From NCBI GenBank assembly GCA_049975265.1, contig JBNGDF010000006.1:65160-129159 (forward strand): a stretch of 64,000 bases of DNA, read 5' to 3'. Positions within the stretch are counted from its first letter, which is position 1. Every line of letters begins with the position of its first letter. Shown piece by piece: positions 57,356 to 64,000 of this stretch. The DNA comes from Fidelibacterota bacterium. Its GTDB lineage: Bacteria > Fidelibacterota > UBA2242. Under the pieces are notes generated by a model. That model was not told the origin of the DNA, did no database searches, and saw only the letters and a program-made list of their open reading frames with translations. Position numbers and translations under genes: made by a program.

Positions 57356-60300
57356 CCAACACTGATAAAATATATCAATCCAAGCAATGCCAGAAGCGAT
57401 ATGGTGTTTCGAAGAAAGTTCAGGCGCTGGGTGCCGGGATTGTGAAAAACGTGCAACTGAAATTCCTGGAGAGTACTCCAGCCGTGAGAATCGACCACCT
57501 CCAGGACAATATCGGTTACCCCACGCTGGGATTTCTTGGGACTCCAGACCAATTCACCCGTTTCCGGGTCGAATTTCGCGCCTTTGGGAATGCGGACAGC
57601 CTTCATGACCAGCGGATCGCCGTTCGGGTCCTCGGCATCCAGTGTATATTCCCACTTCAGATTCGTCAGTGCCACCGGTTTGGGCACCGACAGAATTTTC
57701 GGTTTGATATTCACAAAAATGCGCCCCTGCTGGGTGTCGGAAGCCATGCCATCGGATACACGCAGAGCGAAACGGTTGTAGTTCAGCTGCATCTCTGTGG
57801 GTGTCCAGGAGATAACTCCCTGGGGTGAGATCAGCATCCCGTCGGGTGCATCGGTCAGTTCATAGCTTAATTTACTGTCCGTATTCAGGTCCGTTACCTT
57901 GATCTCATATTGCCAGAGACTATTGACATAGGCAATAGAATCAGGAGTGGAAACAATCACCGGAACGGCATTCACATATATCTGGGCATGCTCTTCAGTA
58001 CTAAAATAACCGTCGGACACAATATAAGAAAGAGAATGGTAATCGAACTGGTTGGGCTGCGGAATCCACTGCACGGTGCCCTCTTCATCCATGGTCATGC
58101 CAGCAGGCATCTCTTTGGCGGTAAAGGTATAATAGTATCGGCGCTCCGGCTTGGCATATTTGGGAATCCCCGTCCCGATGTTTCTGAAAAAGGTCTGAAC
58201 AACATCCGCGCCGGATGGGACCCTGTTATTCAGAATATTAAACACAAAAACCAACTTCCCCTTATCTAAAAAGACATCATCGATCAGCTCTTTTTGCGGC
58301 GTCTTCCGGTGCGGGTCCGGCGCCGGGATAAATTCCCGCCTGTAGCGTGCAATTAAGGCTTTCAGATTATTCCGGACGTTTTCATCCAGAATACTGGTTT
58401 CATAGATACCCGATTTCTGCCAGTCGGTAATCCGGGGTGACAGTTCATACCAATCGACATAAAAACCGTCGTTTTTATCCTTAATGACCGGACGGTAGGT
58501 ATAGCGTTCCCCAATGGTTGTCAGCGGATTGGCAGCCGATTCGATTTCCACCGGATGGTTCACAAAAAGGGCAAACTCGATCCGGTCCGTATCGTATCCG
58601 TCGGACACTTCAATCAAAAAATCGTACCAGTCCTTCTGATCAAAAGAGGGTTTCCAGGTCAATACTCCATCAGCCGTAATGACGGTGCCGTCTGGTGAAT
58701 TGACCAGCTTATATCCCAAAAAGGCGCTATCGTTACTGTCACTAACGGCAATTTTAACTGTAAAGGTTTCACCGATCTGGATGATATCCCGGTGGGGAAT
58801 CACTGTTGTGATCTGCGGAGCATCGTTGACATAAACCGTGAAACTCTGCACGTCCCGTTTGTCAGCCCAGCGAAAATCGGCGCGGATGGTATGCAGACCC
58901 AGCTGTGAATCCGCCGGAAACCAGGTAAATATCTGGTTAGGCAGGTCAAACTTCATTCCCGGCGGCATTTTAATATCGACGTTGAGATTAACCAGGTCAT
59001 CCAACGTCAGGTCTTTAATGGTAATTTTCCTGGACACCTTCTCACCGGGATGCACCAGGATATCGGGTCTGAAGACTTCGCTGATGGACTTGGTGCTGAC
59101 CATGCCGGTCTTGGTCGTGGGAAGCGGTGACAAAGGCGTTTCCTCGCCCATCAGTCCGCTCAGTTCGCTGATCAGCTCATCAGCCGCCACCGGTGATGAC
59201 ATGGCATCATCGGAAGATCGTTTGGATTCCAGCACAAGATCGATCTCGCCCAGCACCTCATCAATCGGTCCCTCTTCGATAAATGGCGCGGTTTCGTCCA
59301 ACTGCCAAAGGCAGAGACCATTCCTGATATAATCGGGACCGGCATAAGGGAAAATCACCGCACCGGTATTCTTTCCGGAATTCGATACCACCGGCGCCAG
59401 ATCGAGAAAATCCAATCCCCGCAGCGTCGGATGATCATACCGAATCAGCCGGTAGGAGCTGGGATCGGTCAAAATATCCGATAGATCATACTCAATTCGA
59501 TAAAGAGACACTGTTCCCTTTTGGCTATAGAGCATCTCTGTCAAACCATTCGCATTCAAATCGGACGCCAGCAAGGTAACCACGACTTCATTAGGCAGAA
59601 GAAACGGTGCGCAGACCAGCTGTTCTCCCTGACGTGTAATCAGCCGTGCACCGCCGGACTTCAACGGCACAATCAATTCATCAAAGCCGTCACCATCCAC
59701 GTCCGCCGAGACCAGTCGGTCGATATCAACATCTCTTCGCCGAGCTTCCTGAAGGGTATGCGTCATCAATGCCTTTTGACCCGTATGACTGAAAACCTCC
59801 ACCTCTAGCCGATCTCCGCCACCAAACAAAACCAACTCATCGCCTGGAGAAACATGGACATTGGCGGGCAGCGCCCGAAACGGGAGTATCCCCTGCAGGG
59901 TTGCCAGATCATGCGCCTGGTGAACAATCTCTAAATTTTGGGTGTCAACCTGACCGTCAGCGGACAAAACGATCACACTGCGCGCCGGACCTCCCGACGA
60001 GACAACAATATCGGGGCGATTATCCCCGTTCCAGTCACCCGCGTGAAGGAACATGGGTCGCGGACGCGTCATCAAATCGTCGGATTTACCAACCACAGCG
60101 GTAGGCTGACCGGGAAAGCGGTCTATATACTCAAAGCAATAAAACCAAGCCTGTTGTTCGGCTCCACTAATATCCGATATATTCAAAACGGCAACGATCT
60201 CCGGTAACCCATCTCCATCCATATCGGTAACCAGAACATCGACAAAATCGGCTTTCAGCCGTTCCGGAATGGCAAATTTCCAGTTTACAATAAGCTCCTG

Positions 60301-60561
60301 GAGAGCGGATTCCTCCAGATGTACCAGATAACTGCTCCTGGGAACCGTTTGGCCGGTCTTATCAACCTCCGCCGCAATCGCCACAACATCCAAAGATTCG
60401 TCATTGTCAAAATTATACCCACCAGCCACCTTGAGTAAAACGGTTCGTTCCTGGGAAAAGGGGAAGAGTTCAGGTTCGCTCACCTGCCCCATTGCAATCG
60501 CGCCAAGTCCCCAAAAAAGAACCAGCAGCCGAATCGGTATGGATTGTTTGATATGTTTCAT
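57352..60561 (-). CDS. Large exported protein: FG-GAP/VCBS-type repeats, about five Ig/cadherin-like (He_PIG) repeats and a C-terminal hydrophobic helix
   Basis: DMDGDGLPEI, DWNGDNRPDI, DVDGDGFDEL, DLNANGLTEM; repeats of P-x-G-M...G-x-x-x-W-x-P...VSDG. Confidence 0.8.
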   Translation of the reverse strand: MKHIKQSIPIRLLVLFWGLGAIAMGQVSEPELFPFSQERTVLLKVAGGYNFDNDESLDVVAIAAEVDKTGQTVPRSSYLVHLEESALQELIVNWKFAIPERLKADFVDVLVTDMDGDGLPEIVAVLNISDISGAEQQAWFYCFEYIDRFPGQPTAVVGKSDDLMTRPRPMFLHAGDWNGDNRPDIVVSSGGPARSVIVLSADGQVDTQNLEIVHQAHDLATLQGILPFRALPANVHVSPGDELVLFGGGDRLEVEVFSHTGQKALMTHTLQEARRRDVDIDRLVSADVDGDGFDELIVPLKSGGARLITRQGEQLVCAPFLLPNEVVVTLLASDLNANGLTEMLYSQKGTVSLYRIEYDLSDILTDPSSYRLIRYDHPTLRGLDFLDLAPVVSNSGKNTGAVIFPYAGPDYIRNGLCLWQLDETAPFIEEGPIDEVLGEIDLVLESKRSSDDAMSSPVAADELISELSGLMGEETPLSPLPTTKTGMVSTKSISEVFRPDILVHPGEKVSRKITIKDLTLDDLVNLNVDIKMPPGMKFDLPNQIFTWFPADSQLGLHTIRADFRWADKRDVQSFTVYVNDAPQITTVIPHRDIIQIGETFTVKIAVSDSNDSAFLGYKLVNSPDGTVITADGVLTWKPSFDQKDWYDFLIEVSDGYDTDRIEFALFVNHPVEIESAANPLTTIGERYTYRPVIKDKNDGFYVDWYELSPRITDWQKSGIYETSILDENVRNNLKALIARYRREFIPAPDPHRKTPQKELIDDVFLDKGKLVFVFNILNNRVPSGADVVQTFFRNIGTGIPKYAKPERRYYYTFTAKEMPAGMTMDEEGTVQWIPQPNQFDYHSLSYIVSDGYFSTEEHAQIYVNAVPVIVSTPDSIAYVNSLWQYEIKVTDLNTDSKLSYELTDAPDGMLISPQGVISWTPTEMQLNYNRFALRVSDGMASDTQQGRIFVNIKPKILSVPKPVALTNLKWEYTLDAEDPNGDPLVMKAVRIPKGAKFDPETGELVWSPKKSQRGVTDIVLEVVDSHGWSTLQEFQLHVFHNPGTQRLNFLRNTISLLALLGLIYFISVG

Positions 60562-60850
60562 AGTGTTTTCCAGATCTAAGCAAAACCCTTTGATACTGAC
60601 AAGAATATATTTGCAGCTCGACTAAAAATCAAGCAAAAAAGTGCGGAGATTCATTTTTGTGATTTTTATAATTTCCCTGAATTAAGGAATCTTACAGGCA
60701 ATATTTAAAGAAATAGATTAAGATTAATTCCAGATTGTTCAATGTAATTAAATTACTTAAATCTCAAAATGTAGTGTTGTTTCCGGTATCTGACCCATTA
60801 TATTGAATTTTGATTCTCGGTCAGGTTGCTCTCTCCACTGGATTTTCTCA

Positions 60851-60879
60851 TTGAAAAATTGACGGAAATTTATTAAAAT
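60851..60879 (+). promoter_or_regulatory. Putative sigma70-type promoter for ackA
   Basis: TTGAAA-N17-TAAAAT in an AT-rich divergent intergenic region. Confidence 0.45.
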
Positions 60880-60949
60880 TTATCGCTTATAAAAAAATGA
60901 TATCAATCCCCCAATATGCAGAAAAATGGATTAATACGGAGCATAGTTA

Positions 60950-62155
60950 ATGAAGATACTAACAATTAATTCGGGTAGTTCTTCGGTCAAATATCAGTTT
61001 ATCGACACCGCCAGCAGAAAAGCCCTGTGCAAAGGTCTGGTTGAACGAATCGGCATCAGCGGCACCAATCTGGCCCACAAGCGGGCAGACGGTCAGAAAG
61101 CCAACATTTCCGACAAAATCACCAACCATGAAACCGCTATTGAACAGATTCTCAAAATTTTAACCGATCCCAAAGTCGGAGTCATTGCCAATCTCCGGGA
61201 GATCGATGCCGTGGGACACCGCCTGGTTCACGCCGGAGAGAAATTCAAACACTCCGTTTTAATCAATGACGAGGTTCGGGAAAAACTCTACGAATGTATC
61301 GAATACGCTCCCCTGCATAACCCGCCGAATATCAAAGGTATCGAAGCCAGTATGGATAACTTGCCGGACACCCCCAACGTCGGCGTTTTCGATACCACTT
61401 TTCACATCAATATGCCCGATTATGCCTACATGTATGGCATTCCTTACACCTACTATAAAAAATATGGGATTCGCCGCTACGGATTTCACGGCACTTCCCA
61501 TTACTACGTCTCCCACCGCGCTGCTGAGATTCTGGGACGGAATATTGAAGAGCTAAAAATCATCACTTGTCACCTCGGCAATGGTAGCAGCATCGCCGCG
61601 GTGAACGGCGGAGTTTCGGTGGACACCTCCATGGGGTTTACCCCCCTCGAAGGACTCATCATGGGCACCCGCTGTGGCGACATCGACCCGGGGGTAATCT
61701 GTACCATCGCCTGCAAAGAGAGTATGACCGTGGATCAGATGAATACTTTCTTAAATAAACAGTGCGGCGTACAGGGAATTTCCGGACTGAGCAGCGACAT
61801 CCGGGAGGTGGAAATGGAAGCCGAACATGGCAACTATCAGGCGATGCTCGCCCTGAAAGTGCTGACATATCGGCTCAAGAAATATATCGCTGCCTACTTC
61901 GGCGTAATGAATGGCGCCGATCTGATCGTCCTCACCGGCGGAATCGGCGAAAATTCCGACACTATCCGACGCATGGCGCTCAGCAATCTGGAAGCCCTGG
62001 GAATTCGATTGGATGACAGGAAAAATACCGGTACCCGCAGCAGCGAAACCATAATCAGCACGGATGATTCACCGGTTAAAATCATGATCGTGCCTACCAA
62101 CGAAGAACTGGTGATCGCCATGGAAACCGAACGGATTATCCGAAATTTGAAATAG
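60950..62155 (+). CDS. ackA: Acetate kinase
   Basis: INSGSSSVKY, GHRLVH, APLHNP, FDTTFH, RYGFHGTSH, CHLGNG, MGTRCGD, TGGIGEN, PTNEE. Confidence 0.98.
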   Translation: MKILTINSGSSSVKYQFIDTASRKALCKGLVERIGISGTNLAHKRADGQKANISDKITNHETAIEQILKILTDPKVGVIANLREIDAVGHRLVHAGEKFKHSVLINDEVREKLYECIEYAPLHNPPNIKGIEASMDNLPDTPNVGVFDTTFHINMPDYAYMYGIPYTYYKKYGIRRYGFHGTSHYYVSHRAAEILGRNIEELKIITCHLGNGSSIAAVNGGVSVDTSMGFTPLEGLIMGTRCGDIDPGVICTIACKESMTVDQMNTFLNKQCGVQGISGLSSDIREVEMEAEHGNYQAMLALKVLTYRLKKYIAAYFGVMNGADLIVLTGGIGENSDTIRRMALSNLEALGIRLDDRKNTGTRSSETIISTDDSPVKIMIVPTNEELVIAMETERIIRNLK

Positions 62156-62179
62156 AGCGGCGGATTGCCCGGTTTTTTA

Positions 62180-62208
62180 TTGATTCAATTCTCATTTTCC
62201 GTTAAATT
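62180..62208 (+). promoter_or_regulatory. Putative sigma70-type promoter of tRNA-Lys
   Basis: TTGATT-N17-TAAATT, 15 bp before the tRNA. Confidence 0.55.
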
Positions 62209-62223
62209 CCACGGCTATTTGAA

Positions 62224-62296
62224 GGGTGCATAGCTCAGTTGGTAGAGCAACGGCCTTTTAAGCCGTGGGTCGCAGGTTCGATTCCTGCTGCACTCA
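62224..62296 (+). tRNA. tRNA-Lys (anticodon TTT); CCA not encoded
   Basis: GGGTGCA TA GCTC AGTTGGTA GAGC A ACGGC CTTTTAA GCCGT GGGTC GCAGG TTCGATT CCTGC TGCACTC A. Confidence 0.97.
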
Positions 62297-62414
62297 CACC
62301 CAATAAAAACAATACTTTAGGCGGTCTGTTTAAACAGTTTAAACTGATTCCAATTCCTAAAAACGCTTGTAAATCTTGCTTAATATTAGTCAATTTTATC
62401 CTCGGAAGCGTCCG

Positions 62415-62450
62415 GTATCCACATCGGGTATCCACATTGCGTATCCACAT
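62415..62450 (+). repeat. Three direct repeats of GTATCCACAT with 13-bp period
   Basis: Copies at 62415, 62428 and 62441, between the tRNA and the integrase stop. Confidence 0.9.
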
Positions 62451-62466
62451 CGACGGAAGACGGGTC

Positions 62467-63573
62467 TCAGGCACTGGCAAAAATCCCTTCTGTAACGGGT
62501 TCTATAAAGACTTCCGGGATCGTTAAGGGTTCAGTTTCAATCATTACACTTGACGACTCTAATACCGTCTCAGACGCTTTGAAATCACGCTCCATTAATG
62601 ATAAATCAAAGTTAGCATAAATTTCAGTTGTCTTGACGCTGGAATGGCCAAGCAAAGTTTTTACTCGGTAAATATCTCTTGTTAAATAATAGGTACGAAC
62701 GGCGAAAGTATGTCGCAGGGTGTGAAAGTGACGGCCTTCACCGGAAGGGGTTTTGTCAAGTTTCAAGTCCCGTAAAATTTCTAAAAACATCTTGCTGATC
62801 GTGCCGGGAATATACTGACCGTTTTTCTTTAACCATCTGTAAAGGATCGCCGTTTCCCGATCCGCCGGTATATCCCGCTCAATGCCATGCTTGCAGGGGT
62901 CGAAGGTTCGGATAAAATGTTTATCAAGATAACTGTTTGTAAATTCATTCAGTCGCAAGCCGGTTTTCCAGTGGATAAATATCCTTGCGTAAAGTTCCGG
63001 GTTCGGCTTTGCCCTTTCCAGAATACGATCCATTTCCGCATCGGTAAAATAGACCGGTCGCTTGCGCTGGACAGGCAGCTGCTTAATTTTCCAGGGGTTC
63101 GCCTTGATCCGCTCTGTTTCAGCGAGCCAGTTCATAAACGCCCGGATTGACCGCAGACGAATGTTCAGGGTCTGAACGTTGGGATAAAGGGATTTCATTT
63201 TATCCAGAAATTCCGGGTAATCCCGCCGATTCAGATAATTGATATTTTTCCGGGTCATGTACTCCGCAAAACTATCTAAAGCCAGGTTGTAAAGATTGAT
63301 CGTTTTCGGGTTACGGTTATTGCGCTGAAGGTACTGAATAAAGTCATCAATCAACGGTTGCAATTCCGGCAGGTCGCTGATTTCAATCTCATCAATGCCA
63401 ATCGTGCCACTCTTAAAAAGCCGCTCTTTTTCGCTAATTTGCGGTAGTAATTTTTCCGCCTTCGCCCGCTGTTTGGTGTTCAACGGGATCAGTTTTTCCT
63501 TGCGCTGTCCATTGGGTGCAAAATATGAAATCCTTGCGTAAAACTTGCTTTTAAGTTTCCGTAACGCCGCCAT
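62467..63573 (-). CDS. Tyrosine recombinase / phage-type integrase
   Basis: TGLRLNE (R), FHTLRHTFA (HxxR), LGHSSVKTTEIYA (H, Y); SAM-like core and N-terminal arm-binding-like segment. Confidence 0.95.
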   Translation of the reverse strand: MAALRKLKSKFYARISYFAPNGQRKEKLIPLNTKQRAKAEKLLPQISEKERLFKSGTIGIDEIEISDLPELQPLIDDFIQYLQRNNRNPKTINLYNLALDSFAEYMTRKNINYLNRRDYPEFLDKMKSLYPNVQTLNIRLRSIRAFMNWLAETERIKANPWKIKQLPVQRKRPVYFTDAEMDRILERAKPNPELYARIFIHWKTGLRLNEFTNSYLDKHFIRTFDPCKHGIERDIPADRETAILYRWLKKNGQYIPGTISKMFLEILRDLKLDKTPSGEGRHFHTLRHTFAVRTYYLTRDIYRVKTLLGHSSVKTTEIYANFDLSLMERDFKASETVLESSSVMIETEPLTIPEVFIEPVTEGIFASA

Positions 63574-63757
63574 TTTTTACCTTCGATTTTTTTAGGGTTT
63601 CGATCTGCTCCGCCGGGATCAGGTTCAAAGCGCAACGGCTATTCCCGCCGACCTTGACCGGGTGCAACTTGCCCGCTTTAATCAACTTGAAAATCCAGCG
63701 GGTTGACACTCCCAGGATTTCCGCCGTCTCTGCTATTGTGAAAAGTTCGGTTTTCAT
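63551..63757 (-). CDS. Excisionase-like helix-turn-helix protein
   Basis: LFTIAETAEILGVSTRWIFKLIKAGKLHPVKVG; overlaps the integrase start. Confidence 0.85.
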   Translation of the reverse strand: MKTELFTIAETAEILGVSTRWIFKLIKAGKLHPVKVGGNSRCALNLIPAEQIETLKKSKVKNGGVTET

Positions 63758-63769
63758 TGTTTTAGTTCC

Positions 63770-63810
63770 TATTCTACCGGTAGAATACTACATATTGTTC
63801 ACAAAGTCAA
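63770..63810 (-). promoter_or_regulatory. Putative xis-int promoter overlapped by an 18-bp palindrome
   Basis: TTGACT (63810-63805)-N17-TATTCT (63787-63782); TATTCTACCGGTAGAATA at 63770-63787. Confidence 0.65.
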
Positions 63811-63862
63811 GAATAACTTGTAACCATACCGGATTTGGTACAACAGACGTTTTAAAGGCGAT

Positions 63863-64000
63863 TTAAGCAACGATCTGTCCGGGTCTATGGTTTACTATTG
63901 GTTCAACTGCTTTCGTTGAATCCTGATTGAACAGTGCTTGTTTAATCTTATTACAACGATAGTTTTTAAGTGCTTTGGTATTGCCACAACCACCGATTCC
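63863..64000 (-). CDS. Possible 3' end of a hypothetical gene entering from beyond the window
   Basis: Open frame GIGGCGNTKALKNYRCNKIKQALFNQDSTKAVEPIVNHRPGQIVA* to the window edge; no homology recognised. Confidence 0.25.
   Translation of the reverse strand, partial: GIGGCGNTKALKNYRCNKIKQALFNQDSTKAVEPIVNHRPGQIVA

Larger units (their letters stand above)
62297..64000. mobile_element. Edge of an integrative element (prophage or genomic island) at tRNA-Lys; continues beyond the window
   Basis: Integrase and excisionase-like genes right after the tRNA 3' end, short direct repeats, and visibly more AT-rich sequence. Confidence 0.8.

Noticed and set aside
58135..58465. Intein in the FG-GAP protein
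   Set aside because: No Cys/Ser start or His-Asn end followed by Cys/Ser/Thr.
62235..62526. ORFs 62235-62480 (-) and 62239-62526 (+)
   Set aside because: They overlap tRNA-Lys and the att-side repeats; spurious translations.
29596..63787. Shared TACCGGTA core of the gltB and xis palindromes as one regulon
   Set aside because: ACCGGT/CCGG is very common throughout the window, the flanks differ, and the loci are functionally unrelated.

Overview
A bacterial chromosomal window, moderately GC-rich, read with the standard code. Lipid A genes, an Omp85 protein, a secretion C-terminal sorting domain and the long-form urocanase suggest an FCB-group diderm such as Marinimicrobia, KSB1 or Calditrichota (inference only). 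It is mostly housekeeping and metabolic: a long minus-strand run (M1 peptidase, peptidase/propeller/Omp85, EamA, radA, tgt, nadA, nadB, yajC, def, fmt, rsmB, PASTA, rpe, kinase-like membrane protein, BatA/vWA, partial hflX), thyX, hutI/hutU, GNAT-RimK-arginine decarboxylase, gltBD, a PAS hybrid kinase, tRNA-Val, lon, a lipid A cluster, ackA, tRNA-Lys, and the edge of an integrase/excisionase element. The most unusual items are: (1) a seven-gene operon (46166-53463) with three intact but apparently catalytically dead proteins, namely a PdxJ-fold protein, a class 3 asparaginase-fold protein and a His kinase with eroded ATP-binding boxes; (2) two identical 135-bp tandem units after tRNA-Val, each with a copy of the tRNA 3' end whose T-loop is split by a 60-bp cassette of three phased CCCGC-N5-GCGGG palindromes; (3) an orphan 64-aa twin-arginine peptide with a His/Pro-rich tail; (4) a RimK-like gene broken by one in-frame TAA; (5) a GnnA-like plus LmtA-like lipid A cluster. 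All family calls are by eye from motifs; no searches were run.
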